A stretch of 64,000 bases of DNA from Vicinamibacterales bacterium (GCA_965199675.1 CBDATI010000063.1:1044-65043), one strand, 5' to 3'; shown: positions 9,398 through 19,260, numbered from the stretch's first letter. Notes: generated by a model from the letters alone, not told the origin. Program-made: numbers and translations.

Positions 9398-10861
9398 ATG
9401 CCGACCGCCCCTACCCGACGCGACTTCCTCGCGACGAGCGCCGCCGCGGCCGCTTGCCTGGCGGGGCGTCCCGCGTTCGCGCAGGCCACCGATCCGACCG
9501 ACCTGACCATCGCCGACGCGCAGCGTCTCGTGCGCCGCCGCGACCTGTCGCCGGTGGACCTCGTCGAGGCCTACGCCGCGCGCATCGGGCGCCTCGACCC
9601 TCGGCTGAACGCATTCGTGACGGTGACCGAGGAGCGCGCGGTCGAGCGCGCGCGGACCCTCGAGGCGGAGCTGGCCGCCGGTCGGTGGCGCGGTCCGCTG
9701 CACGGCATCCCCATCGCGCTGAAGGACAACATCGACACCGCGGGGGTGCGGACGACGGCGGGGAGCGCGGTGTACGGGGACCGCGTGCCGGACGAGGACG
9801 CCGAGGTGGTGACGCGGCTCGAGGCGGCGGGCGCGATCGTCCTCGGCAAGCTCAACCTACACGAGTTCGCCTACGGCGCGACGTCGGCGTTCACCCTCTC
9901 CGGGCCCGTGCGCAACCCGTGGGACGTGGACCGCATCCCGGGCGGGTCGTCGGGCGGTTCGGGCGCGGCGGTCGCGGCGCGGCTGTGCGCCGGCGCTCTC
10001 GGCACCGACACCGGGGGGTCGGTCCGCATCCCCGCCGCACACTGCGGCATCGTCGGTCTCAAGGCGACCTACGGGCTGGCGAGCATCCGCGGCATCGTCC
10101 CGCTCTCCGTCTCTCTCGACCACGTGGGCCCGATGTGCCGGTCGGTCGCCGACGCCGCCCTGATGCTGCAGGCGATGGCGGGCTACGACCCGCGGGGCAT
10201 CGCCAGCATCGAGGCGGAGATTCCCGACTACCCGAGCGCACTCCGGCGGCCGACGTCGGCGCTGCGCCTCGGCGTGCCGCGGGTCTACTACGAAGACGTG
10301 GACCCGCAGGTCCTGGCCGCAGTCGAGCAGGCGCTCGGCGTCCTCGGCGGTCTCACGGCCGGCACGCGGGACGTGGAGCTGCCGGCGCTGCCGGAGATCC
10401 GCACGGTCGGGGTCGAGGCGTACGCCTATCACGCCGATCTCCTCGCAGAGCGGCGGGACCTGTACGACGAGAGCACGCTGGCGCGCATCGAGGGTGGGGC
10501 GGAGATGTCGGCGGCCGACTACGCCGAGGCGCGTTATCAGCTCGCGCTCGTGAGAAAAGCGATCGCCGCGGTGTTCGACGATGTCGACGTCGTGGTCACG
10601 CCGACCCTGGTGGAGCTTCCCGTCAGCATCGAGGCGGCGGTGGCGTCACCGCGCGAGGCGACCGCGGTCCTGATCCGCAACACGGCGCCCTTCAACGGGT
10701 ACGGCACGCCCGCCATCAGCGTCCCGTGCGGCTTCAGCCGCGAGGGCCTGCCCATCGGACTGCAGCTCTGCGGCCGCGCCCTCGGCGAGGTCGACGTGCT
10801 CGCGCTCGCGCACGCGTACGAGCAGGCGACGGACTGGCACGAGCGGACGCCGCCGCTGTGA
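9398..10861 (+). CDS. Amidase-signature family amidase with a TAT signal
   Basis: ATG is 1 nt after the sulfatase stop (TGAcATG). Twin-arginine leader TRRDFLATSAAAAA..AFAQA. Amidase signature GGSSGGSGAAVAA. Confidence 0.9.
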   Translation: MPTAPTRRDFLATSAAAAACLAGRPAFAQATDPTDLTIADAQRLVRRRDLSPVDLVEAYAARIGRLDPRLNAFVTVTEERAVERARTLEAELAAGRWRGPLHGIPIALKDNIDTAGVRTTAGSAVYGDRVPDEDAEVVTRLEAAGAIVLGKLNLHEFAYGATSAFTLSGPVRNPWDVDRIPGGSSGGSGAAVAARLCAGALGTDTGGSVRIPAAHCGIVGLKATYGLASIRGIVPLSVSLDHVGPMCRSVADAALMLQAMAGYDPRGIASIEAEIPDYPSALRRPTSALRLGVPRVYYEDVDPQVLAAVEQALGVLGGLTAGTRDVELPALPEIRTVGVEAYAYHADLLAERRDLYDESTLARIEGGAEMSAADYAEARYQLALVRKAIAAVFDDVDVVVTPTLVELPVSIEAAVASPREATAVLIRNTAPFNGYGTPAISVPCGFSREGLPIGLQLCGRALGEVDVLALAHAYEQATDWHERTPPL

Positions 10862-10912
10862 CCGGCGTCCTGGACGAAACCTGGCCGATTGGCGACAGGC
10901 GCACGAGCGGTT

Positions 10913-10929
10913 GCAGGGGCGACCCCTGC
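10913..10929 (+). terminator. Possible hairpin downstream of the amidase gene
   Basis: GCAGGGG-CGA-CCCCTGC, a perfect 7-bp stem 52 nt after the stop codon. No U-tract. Confidence 0.25.
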
Positions 10930-11061
10930 GGGTCAGCGGAACGCATCGTCGCTCGAATGCAGCCGAGACCGCCGCCAACGGCCGCCACCCGACCGGGCAA
11001 CCGTCCGACCACGGAGCTGTGATCCGGGCGGCGCACCGGTCTGACCAGGAGCTCTCGACCG

Positions 11062-12969
11062 ATGACCAGCAGCTCGACGACACGCCATCACGCCGCCCGT
11101 CATTCCCCCTGGTTGCTGTTGCTGGCGGTCCTCGTCGCGACGCCGGCGCACGCGCAGGACGACTGGCGGCACTGGGGACGCGACGCCGGCAACCAGCGTC
11201 ACTCGCCGCTGACGCAGATCGACACCACCAACGTCTCGACCCTGGCGCCGGCGTGGCGGTACGAGATGACGAAGCCGGGCGTGCCGTCGCGGCCGAGCCA
11301 GTCGACCCCGCTCATGGTCGGCGGCGTGTTGTACCTGTCGTTCCCGTACTACCGCGTGGTGGCGCTGGAGCCGGAGACCGGTGACGTCGTCTGGGAGTAC
11401 ACGGCGCCCGGCGACTGGAACTCGCCCGAGCACCAGTTGCACTGGACGGGCGGTTCCATGCGGGGCCTGGCCTACTGGGCCGGCGACGACCGGACGCCCC
11501 CCCAGATCGTGTTCGGCACCGAGGAGGGCGAGCTGATCTCGCTCGACGCCGCGACCGGCATCCCCAATCCGCGGTTCGGCAGCGACGGCTTCGTCGACCT
11601 CAAGACCCCCGACGTGATGAACGGCTTCCCGAACATGCACTACGGCATCTCGTCGGGGGTGGCCATCTGGGAGCACCTCGTGTTCACCGGTGTCCACAAC
11701 GCGGACGAGACGGGCTCGAAGGGGCCGGCGGGCGACGTGCGCGCGTGGGATCTGCGGACCGGCGAGCTCGTCTGGACGTTCCACACCGTGCCCCATCCCG
11801 GCGAGTTCGGCAACGACACGTGGCTCGACGGTTCGTGGCGCAACGTCAGCGGCGCCAACACGTGGTCGTTCTTCACCATCGACGAGGAGCGCGGCATCCT
11901 CTACATGCCCCTGGGGTCCGCCCACAACGACTTCTACGGCATGGACCGCCCCGGCGACAACCTCTTCGCGAACTCGATCGTGGCCGTCGACGCCGTGACG
12001 GGCGAGCGTCTGTGGCACTTCCAGGCCGTCCATCACGACCTGTGGGACCTCGACATGCCGGCGCCGCCGATCCTGTTCGACGTCGAGCGGGACGGCGAGA
12101 CGATACCCGCCGTGGGAGTCGTGACGAAGTACCCGGTGCTGTTCATCTTCGACCGGGTCACCGGCGAGCCGATCTACGAGATAGAAGAGCGCCCGGTGCC
12201 GGCCGGGGACATGCCCGGGGAGTACTACTCGCCGACCCAGCCGTTCCCGGTGAAGCCGCCGCCCTTCGGCCGCATCCGCTTCACGATGGACGACATCGCG
12301 ACCGTGACCCCCGAGCACACGGCCGCGTGCCGCGAGCTGCTGATGCAGTACGACGGCGGGCGGAACCGCGGTCCCTACACGCCGCCGTCCGAGGAGGGTG
12401 CGCTCGTGTTCCCGTCGACCGGCGGCGGGACGGAGTTCACCGGCGGCACCTTCGACCCGAGCCTCGGGCTCTACATCATCAACTACGCGGACACCGGCCA
12501 CATCAGCCAGCTCGTGAAGGTGGAGGACGACCCCGATCGCCGCGGCTACGTGGGTCCTCCCGAGTCGCGCCGGCTCTACTGGCACGTCGTCACCCGGCCG
12601 TCCGTCGACGGCTGGCCGTGCTGGCAGCCGCCCTGGTCGAGGCTCGTCGCGGTGGACGTCAACCGCGGCGAGATCGCCTGGATGATCCCGTTCGGCACGG
12701 TCGAGGGCGCGCCTCCCGGCCTGCTGACCGGCGCCCCCAACTCGCAGAAGGGTGGGCCGACCTCCACCGCGGGGGGCGTGCTCTTCATCGGAGGGGCCAG
12801 CGACCGGCGGTTCCGCGCCTACGAGACGAAGACCGGGCGCGAGCTGTGGAGCGTCGAGACCGAGCAGATGATCAGCGGCGCCAACCCCATCACCTACATG
12901 GGGAAGGACGGAAAGCAGTACGTGGCGGTGGCCGCGGGCACCACGCTGCTGGCCTTCACCCTGCCGTGA
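11062..12969 (+). CDS. Secreted PQQ-dependent (quinoprotein) dehydrogenase, intact paralog of 1-1787
   Basis: 635-aa uninterrupted ORF with AGGAG before the ATG. Signal peptide ..LLLAVLVATPAHAQ. Quinoprotein repeats: DNLFANSIVAVDAVTGERLWHFQAVHHDLWD, STAGGVLFIGGASDRRFRAYETKTGRELW. Confidence 0.9.
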   Translation: MTSSSTTRHHAARHSPWLLLLAVLVATPAHAQDDWRHWGRDAGNQRHSPLTQIDTTNVSTLAPAWRYEMTKPGVPSRPSQSTPLMVGGVLYLSFPYYRVVALEPETGDVVWEYTAPGDWNSPEHQLHWTGGSMRGLAYWAGDDRTPPQIVFGTEEGELISLDAATGIPNPRFGSDGFVDLKTPDVMNGFPNMHYGISSGVAIWEHLVFTGVHNADETGSKGPAGDVRAWDLRTGELVWTFHTVPHPGEFGNDTWLDGSWRNVSGANTWSFFTIDEERGILYMPLGSAHNDFYGMDRPGDNLFANSIVAVDAVTGERLWHFQAVHHDLWDLDMPAPPILFDVERDGETIPAVGVVTKYPVLFIFDRVTGEPIYEIEERPVPAGDMPGEYYSPTQPFPVKPPPFGRIRFTMDDIATVTPEHTAACRELLMQYDGGRNRGPYTPPSEEGALVFPSTGGGTEFTGGTFDPSLGLYIINYADTGHISQLVKVEDDPDRRGYVGPPESRRLYWHVVTRPSVDGWPCWQPPWSRLVAVDVNRGEIAWMIPFGTVEGAPPGLLTGAPNSQKGGPTSTAGGVLFIGGASDRRFRAYETKTGRELWSVETEQMISGANPITYMGKDGKQYVAVAAGTTLLAFTLP

Positions 12970-13051
12970 CGCCGCGGCCGCCATGTGGGGGCCGATCCTC
13001 TTCGACGATTTGCATGACATTGCATTACAGTCGGCATGAGGAGGGGACCGA

Positions 13052-13471
13052 GTGGGCAGCCAGTTGAGCGTCAGACTGCCTCGCGAGTTGAGCGAGGCGG
13101 TGGGGGAACGGGCGAAGCGCGACGCGCGGCGGCCGTCGGACATCGTACGGCTGGCCCTGCAGGCGTATCTGCAGGGTGCTCAACACGACGGGCGCGGTGT
13201 CGCGGACCGCGTCCGCGAGACCAGCGCGGCGGCGGCGCGGGGGGAGTTCGAGAGCCGGGACCCGGAGCCTGCGATCGTGCTCCGTCACGTTCCCGAAGAG
13301 CTCCGCCACGTGCTGGAGAGACGAGCCGCCGCCGAGCGCCTGTCCGTGGCCGACTACGTGCTGGACATTCTGGCCCGCAGGCGGTTCCAAGAGCACCTGC
13401 AGACGCGGCCGCGCGTCGAGCTCAGCGTGTCGGCCGCCGAACTCGTCCGCGAGGGTCGGGGAGGCCTGTGA
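13052..13471 (+). CDS. vapB: Antitoxin with two ribbon-helix-helix modules (VapB/CopG/FitA-like)
   Basis: GTG 13052 follows GAGGAGGGG. N-terminal RHH (SVRLPRELSEAVGERAKRDARRPSDIVRLAL) and a second RHH-like unit (IVLRHVPEELRHVLERRAAAERLSVADYVLDIL). The stop overlaps the downstream PIN gene start (GTGA). Confidence 0.7.
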   Translation: MGSQLSVRLPRELSEAVGERAKRDARRPSDIVRLALQAYLQGAQHDGRGVADRVRETSAAAARGEFESRDPEPAIVLRHVPEELRHVLERRAAAERLSVADYVLDILARRRFQEHLQTRPRVELSVSAAELVREGRGGL

Positions 13472-13778
13472 TCGTCGTCGACGCCTCGGTCGTGGTCGAG
13501 GCGCTTCTTCGCTCCGATGCGGGTGTCCGGTTGGCGGCGCGTCTCTTCGAAGGCGACGACCCGCTGCACGCGCCTCGTGCGGGGACTTGGCGGGCATGTC
13601 CATCGAGCGCCACGGACATCAGCCGCTGCTGGAACGGATGTGGCAACTTCGTCACAACCTGACCGCTTGCGATGCCGCCTGCCTGGCGCTCGCGGAGCGT
13701 CTGGACGCGCCGCTGCTGACGCGCGATGTGGGGCTGGCGGCGGTCGCCCCGCGCCAGGCCCGGGTCGTGCTCGCGTAG
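13468..13778 (+). pseudogene. vapC: PIN-domain VapC toxin, inactivated by an internal deletion plus frameshift
   Basis: Frame 1: VIVVDASVVVEALL..GDDPLHAP. From about 13580, frame 3: DLAGMSIERHGHQPLLERMWQLRHNLTACDAACLALAERLDAPLLTRD. The total of 311 nt is not a multiple of 3. About 25-30 residues expected between LHAP and the ERHGH block are missing. Confidence 0.7.
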
Positions 13779-13831
13779 CCCGTTCACACGATCAGCGGGC
13801 CCCTGCGACCAGTCGACGAACGCGGCCGCCC

Positions 13832-15265
13832 ATGCCCACCGACCCCGCCGACCTCGAGTTCACCGCCGACGAGATGCGGCGCATGGGGCACGCCACCGTC
13901 GAGCGGCTCGTCGACCACGTCCTGAGCCTGGAGACGCAGCCGGCGCGGGGCGACGTGGACGCCGCCGATCTCTGCCGCCGTCTCCGCGAGCCCGCGCCCG
14001 AACTGGGCGTCGACTACGAACCCCTGCTCGACCGGCTGCTCGCCGAGTGGGTGCCGCGGTCGTTCACGTCGTCGGGGCCCGGTTATCTCGCCTACATTCC
14101 GGGCGGCGGGCTGTACCCCGCCGGGCTCGCCGACCTCGTGGCCGACGTGGTCAACCGCTACACCGGCGTGCGGCTGGCCGCCCCGGCCCTGGTGCAGCTC
14201 GAGGCCAACGCACTCGACTGGCTGCGCGACTGGATGGAGTTCCCCGCCGGGACGCGCGGGCTGTTCACGACCGGCGGGTCGATGGCGCATTTCAACGCGG
14301 TGCTGTGCGCGCGCGAGCGGCATCTCGGCGCCGACATCCGTCCGGGCGTGCTGTACGGCTCGACGCAGATGCACCACTCGATGGCCAAGTCCGCCCGGCT
14401 CGCCGGCATCATGCCCGACCGGATCAGGGCGGTCCCGGTCGACCAGCGGTTCCGGATGGACGTGGCGGCCCTGGCCGACCTGATCGCCACGGATCGCCGG
14501 GCCGGTCTTCGTCCGTTCTGCGTCGCGTCGGCGGCGGGCACGACGAACACGGGCGCGGTCGATCCGTTGAACGCGGTCGCCGATCTGTGCGCTCGCGAAG
14601 GGCTCTGGCACCACGTGGACGGCGCCTACGGGGCGTTCTTCCATCTGTGTCCCGAGCTGCGGGCTCTCATGCCCGGGCTCTCGCGGGCCGATTCCCTCAC
14701 TCTCGATCCGCACAAGGGCCTGTTCCTGCCGTACGGCACCGGGGCCCTGCTCGTGCGCGACGGCGCCGCGCTGCGCCGGGCGCACGAAGCGACCGCGAGC
14801 TACCTGCCCGGCCGGGCCGACGACGACGAGTACGACCCCCACGTGTACGGGCCGGAGCTCTCGCGTGGGTTCCCGGGCCTTCGCGTCTGGCTCTGCGTGA
14901 AGCTGTACGGCGCCGAGCGGTTCCGCACCGCCCTGGCCGAGAAGCGGGCCCTCGCCGTCGAGGCGGCGGCGCGCGTCGCCGAGGTCCCGGGGGTAGTGAT
15001 GGCGGCCCCGCCGCAGGTGTCGCTGTTCGCGTTCCACCTGCGCTGGCCGGGATCGGGCCTGGCCGACGAGAACGAGGCGACCGAGCTGCTGTTGGAGCGT
15101 GTGAACCGGCGCAACCGGGTGATGCTGTCGGGCGCCGAGGTGGCGGGGAGGTTCCTGGCGCGGGTCTGCGTGCTCAGCTTCCGCACCCGCGCCCGTCACA
15201 TGGAGGCGTGCGTGACGGACCTCGCCGAGGAGGCGGCCGACATTCTGGCGGCCGCCGCGGGATGA
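13832..15265 (+). CDS. Group II pyridoxal-dependent (amino-acid) decarboxylase
   Basis: Start ATG 13832 (MPTDPADLEF). TTGGSMAHFNAV, HVDGAYGAF and the PLP-lysine motif SLTLDPHKGLFLPYG. 477 aa. Confidence 0.85.
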   Translation: MPTDPADLEFTADEMRRMGHATVERLVDHVLSLETQPARGDVDAADLCRRLREPAPELGVDYEPLLDRLLAEWVPRSFTSSGPGYLAYIPGGGLYPAGLADLVADVVNRYTGVRLAAPALVQLEANALDWLRDWMEFPAGTRGLFTTGGSMAHFNAVLCARERHLGADIRPGVLYGSTQMHHSMAKSARLAGIMPDRIRAVPVDQRFRMDVAALADLIATDRRAGLRPFCVASAAGTTNTGAVDPLNAVADLCAREGLWHHVDGAYGAFFHLCPELRALMPGLSRADSLTLDPHKGLFLPYGTGALLVRDGAALRRAHEATASYLPGRADDDEYDPHVYGPELSRGFPGLRVWLCVKLYGAERFRTALAEKRALAVEAAARVAEVPGVVMAAPPQVSLFAFHLRWPGSGLADENEATELLLERVNRRNRVMLSGAEVAGRFLARVCVLSFRTRARHMEACVTDLAEEAADILAAAAG

Positions 15266-15509
15266 TGCGACGTGGCGGGCTTGTCGGTTGCTGGCCGTGC
15301 GGGCAACGCGGCATGATTGGTGCAAGCCGGATGCACTTCTGTGGAGGCGGCGCTATCGGCGCCGCTCCCGATGCCGGCTTGGGTCTCCAGAACCCGCGGC
15401 CGTGACCGGGGGCAGCCTGATCGTGCGCGCGGCCGGTGTCGGTCCTTCCTCCGCGGGATCCGGGAACCAGGTCGACACTGGCAGACTCGTCCCGGCCCTG
15501 CCGCTGACC

Positions 15510-16496
15510 TCACCCCCAGAATCCGACGACCCGCTCGATGACCCAGAAGCTCGCGACGGCGCCCAGGCCGTACGCGGCGGCCTGATCGAGCCGCGCGCGC
15601 CGGGCAGGCGTATCGAGGAGCCGGTAGGCAGTCCACAGTACGACGCCGCACGCGGCGGCGAAGACGATCTGCCCGAGCTCGATGCCCACGTTGAAGAGCA
15701 GCAGCGTCATGGGGACATCGCGGCCCGGCAGGCCGGTGTCGAGGAGGGCGCCGGCGAAGCCGAACCCGTGCATCAGCCCGAACGCGAACGCCATCGTCCA
15801 CGGCCTGGCCGCACCGGTGCTCGTGTCGTCGCGCCGCAGGATCTCGAACGCCAGGTAGACGATCGAGAGCGCGATGAAGGCCTCGACGGGTGGGCCCGGC
15901 ACGCGCACCACGTCGAGGACCGTCATGCCGAGGGTGATGGAGTGCGCGATGGTGAACGCAGTGATGGTGGCGACGAGGCGGCGCCACCCGCGGACGAGCA
16001 GGATCATGCCGGCGACGAACAGGAGGTGATCGACGCCGCCCAGGATGTGATCGACGCCGAGCACGAGCCGGTCCCAGGTCGTCGCCGTGCCCGGACTCAA
16101 CGGGATCTCGGTCAGCGCGCCGGACGCCACGCGGGTCAACCGGTTGCCGTGCTCGTCCTCGACGCGCACCAGGACGTCGACGAAGCCGCCCGCGAGGCCC
16201 GCGAGGCCCATCACCGGCGGAGCGCCGGTCAGGTCGCAGAAGAACCGTTGCTCGACGACCAGGCTGTCCGCCTGTCGGAAGCGGTCGTCCGGGCCCCTGG
16301 GCGCGCAGGCCGCGGGCAGGCGCACCTCGATGGGCCACGCGGTCGCGCCCGTCACCGGAATCTTCAGCACCGACACGAAGTCGCCGGGCCCCAGCGCGCG
16401 CACCTCGAGGAACGCGAGGCGCGTCTCGTGGCCGTGCGCCGGCGCGGCGAACGAGCACAGCGCCATCGCCGTCAACACCCGGGCCGCCGACCTCAT
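15510..16496 (-). CDS. HupE/UreJ_2-type membrane protein with an N-terminal periplasmic domain
   Basis: Signal peptide MRSAARVLTAMALCSFAAPAHG followed by HE. Membrane core: GVDHILGGVDHLLFVAGMILL, AFTIAHSITL, FGLMHGFGFAG, FNVGIELGQ. The start is uncertain; an alternative ATG is at 16538. Confidence 0.8.
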   Translation of the reverse strand: MRSAARVLTAMALCSFAAPAHGHETRLAFLEVRALGPGDFVSVLKIPVTGATAWPIEVRLPAACAPRGPDDRFRQADSLVVEQRFFCDLTGAPPVMGLAGLAGGFVDVLVRVEDEHGNRLTRVASGALTEIPLSPGTATTWDRLVLGVDHILGGVDHLLFVAGMILLVRGWRRLVATITAFTIAHSITLGMTVLDVVRVPGPPVEAFIALSIVYLAFEILRRDDTSTGAARPWTMAFAFGLMHGFGFAGALLDTGLPGRDVPMTLLLFNVGIELGQIVFAAACGVVLWTAYRLLDTPARRARLDQAAAYGLGAVASFWVIERVVGFWG

Positions 16497-16663
16497 CAAC
16501 GCGTGGAAGACGTCTGTTCGCTGAGCCGGCCTGTCCATGCGGGATGGCGACGAGCGATTGAGCCGATGGGAGCCGCCGGTGTCCCCTTCACCCCCGATGG
16601 TCGCACCTCGGCGATCGCGGCGGTGATGGTGGGGAAGTCCCGTCGATGCCCGGGCCGCGGTCT

Positions 16664-17539
16664 TCATGGCTGCACCAGGTCGCCGATGGAGTCGAACGGC
16701 GCCACCTCGACCTCGTAGCGGACGCGCATCTCGGCGTAGCGCTCGGATTCGCGCGCGGTGATGTGGTCGCGGCGCCAGTCGTCGATCACGGTGTTGCGCA
16801 CGTCGTCCAGCGTCTGTCGGCGTCCTGCCCGGTAGGCGTCCACCTGCACGACATGCACGCCGTATGCCGAGGGGACCGGTCCGAACCACGTCCGCCGTGG
16901 CCCGGACCGGGCCGCGTGCTCGACGACGGCATCGCGGAAGGCGGTGCCGAAGATCTGCTCCAGCCGGTCGGCGTCGGTCAGCGTCAGCGTCTTGGCCGCG
17001 TGGAAGCTGTCGTCGTCGGCGCTCCCGCCCGCGAGCAGGGCCTCGAGCGCCAGACGGGCGTCGGCTTCCGCCGAATCTCCCCGGCGGTCGCGGCTGAAGA
17101 AGCGGTGGGTCAGGGTGAGCGCGGCCGGCTCGACATAGCGGTCGGCGTTCGCCTCGAAGTACCCTCGCAGGTCGTCGGGGCTCGGCTCGGCCGTCGCCGC
17201 GACGTCGTTCAGGGCCATCTCCAGCTTCTCCGCGAGGCGGCGGCGCACGAGGACGTCGTTCTCGTCGAGGTCGAGGGCCAGGGCCTCGCGATAGAGGACC
17301 TCCTCGCGGACGCGGTCCACGACGAGCCGCGTCAGCTCGTCACGGGTCGGCGGACGCCTCCACTGAGCCTGCCACAGGGCGGCCAGCGTCTCCAGCTCGT
17401 ACCGATCGATGACGATGCGCCGGTCGTCGGCCGGGGCCTGGCTCCCCACCAGCGTATACAGGACGAAGAGCCCGGCCCCGGCCGCGAAGAAGCGCGTCAG
17501 AGGCTCACGCCAGAGCCTTCGCCACGGGGATGCGTTCAT
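16664..17539 (-). CDS. Membrane-anchored parvulin-like peptidyl-prolyl isomerase (PpiC/SurA-like)
   Basis: 291-aa ORF. N-terminal anchor FFAAGAGLFVLYTLV. C-terminal rotamase-like segment (WFGPVPSAYGVHVVQVD). The start is 17 nt downstream of the DUF3604 gene stop. Confidence 0.7.
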   Translation of the reverse strand: MNASPWRRLWREPLTRFFAAGAGLFVLYTLVGSQAPADDRRIVIDRYELETLAALWQAQWRRPPTRDELTRLVVDRVREEVLYREALALDLDENDVLVRRRLAEKLEMALNDVAATAEPSPDDLRGYFEANADRYVEPAALTLTHRFFSRDRRGDSAEADARLALEALLAGGSADDDSFHAAKTLTLTDADRLEQIFGTAFRDAVVEHAARSGPRRTWFGPVPSAYGVHVVQVDAYRAGRRQTLDDVRNTVIDDWRRDHITARESERYAEMRVRYEVEVAPFDSIGDLVQP

Positions 17540-17556
17540 GGGCGCGGACGGCCGGG

Positions 17557-19260
17557 CTAGTTGTCCGGCATGTACCAGATCGGGGACGTGTAGGCGCGCT
17601 CCTGCAGTGTCGGCATCACGTCGCCGCGCGGGGGGAGGCCGGCCGCCGCGGTGTCGTAGGTCGACCAGCGCGGGGTGGGTATCTCGATCACCCGCACGTA
17701 GTAGACCGCGTGCACGTCGGGGTCGAAGTCGGGGTCGCGCCAGACCGCCTGCAGCGAGGCGGCGCCGATGTCGTTGGTGTAGGTGGCGCGCATGACGTCG
17801 ACGGTGTTGCCGACCGGCGGCGCCTTGCCGGTGGGGCCGACGCGCCGGCCGTCGGACAACGCGACGTCGTAGATGCGCTCGAACGTCTCACCCTCCGCGC
17901 TCCACCCCTTGATGACCTGGATGCGGTCGAGGTTGGCCGCGACGGGGTCCTTCGCGGCGCGGATGACGAATGTCGGTGCTTCGCCCTCGGCCCCGCGCAG
18001 CACCCCGCCCATGGGGACGCCGCCGGCGTACCCCTGCGCGACCCAGTCGTCGCCGTCCAGCACGTCCTCCGCGTAGTCCCAGCCCCCGAAGAAGCGCACG
18101 GTGATGCGGGTCCCGGTGGTGGCGTAGGTCTCCCGGCGCCGGAACGCGGCGTAGAGCTCGTCGCGGGTGTTCTCGTTGGCCCACGCCGCGGTGAGCCCGG
18201 CGGCGCTGCGGGCGACGAACGGCAGCCGGCTCCAGGTGTTGGTGACCAGTCGGTCTTCGAGCGTCCCGTCCACCCGGTCGCCCGACAAGCTCGTCATGTT
18301 GTCCTCTTCCACCGCCGAGGTGCCGGAGTGGAAGTCGGTGGCGCCGACGAAGCCGAACTGGAACGGATTGAAGCCCCGCTCGGCCTGCATCCGCACCCCG
18401 TTGACGAGCGCCTCGCGCGCGTAGCTGCCGGGCACGAGTCCGTCGACGCGGACCACCCCGGCGTTGGGCGCGTCTCCGCCGATGGGGCGGTTCGCGAGGA
18501 GGAGCTCGGGGAACAGCTCGAAGTCGGCGAACTCGTCGTTCGGCGACAGGACCGGGTGTGTCTCGGAAGTGCCCTTGGCCTGGGTGATCTCCACCACCGG
18601 CTCGTTCCGCAGGCGCTGCGCCGCGTAGTCGGCGGTCATCGGCGCCCCCGCGAAGTCGACCAGCGCGAACATCTTGCCGTTGCTGACGTTCGAGTTGTGG
18701 GGAATCGCCAGCGCCTCGACGCCGGCGGCGCGCTGGGCGTCCAGAAAGTCCCAGAGGTCTTCGGGGTTGTCGGAATCGAGCCGCGAGAATGGGAACGGCA
18801 GGTCGTCGGTGCCGGCGAAGATCACGTTGCGGTGCAGGTTGCCCTCGCGGGTCCCCACCGTCCACTCGTAGGCGGCGAACGTGGTGAACTCGCCCGGCGC
18901 GTAGTGCCTCACCGCCGCCGCGACGATCTCCGCCCACACCGCGCGCCCGAGGTTCGGCGGGGGATTGGGCCCCGCCTGCCTGCGCCCGAGGTTCTCGGCG
19001 TGGTCCGTCACCGCGAGGAAGTCGAGCGGGGTCCGGAGCTGAATCTCGATGCCGCCCACGTGGGGGACCGCCTCGCCCTTCGCGTAGCGGTAGGCGTCGT
19101 CCGGCGTACGCGTGGTGCCGAACGAGGCGGCGTCGTTCGAGTAGCGCGTGTGCAGGTGCAGGTCGCCGAAGTAGACGTTCTCCGACACGGCCGGGCCCTG
19201 GGCGGCGACCCCCGCCGCGAGCAAGGTCAACGGCCACAGCTTCGCGACGACTCTCATCAT
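17557..19260 (-). CDS. Secreted DUF3604-family protein (PHP-like metal-dependent hydrolase fold, function unknown)
   Basis: 567-aa ORF with a signal peptide (MMRVVAKLWPLTLLAAGVAAQ). PHP-type metal motif YFGDLHLHTRYSNDA, then FLAVTDHAE and IPHNSN. Confidence 0.85.
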   Translation of the reverse strand: MMRVVAKLWPLTLLAAGVAAQGPAVSENVYFGDLHLHTRYSNDAASFGTTRTPDDAYRYAKGEAVPHVGGIEIQLRTPLDFLAVTDHAENLGRRQAGPNPPPNLGRAVWAEIVAAAVRHYAPGEFTTFAAYEWTVGTREGNLHRNVIFAGTDDLPFPFSRLDSDNPEDLWDFLDAQRAAGVEALAIPHNSNVSNGKMFALVDFAGAPMTADYAAQRLRNEPVVEITQAKGTSETHPVLSPNDEFADFELFPELLLANRPIGGDAPNAGVVRVDGLVPGSYAREALVNGVRMQAERGFNPFQFGFVGATDFHSGTSAVEEDNMTSLSGDRVDGTLEDRLVTNTWSRLPFVARSAAGLTAAWANENTRDELYAAFRRRETYATTGTRITVRFFGGWDYAEDVLDGDDWVAQGYAGGVPMGGVLRGAEGEAPTFVIRAAKDPVAANLDRIQVIKGWSAEGETFERIYDVALSDGRRVGPTGKAPPVGNTVDVMRATYTNDIGAASLQAVWRDPDFDPDVHAVYYVRVIEIPTPRWSTYDTAAAGLPPRGDVMPTLQERAYTSPIWYMPDN

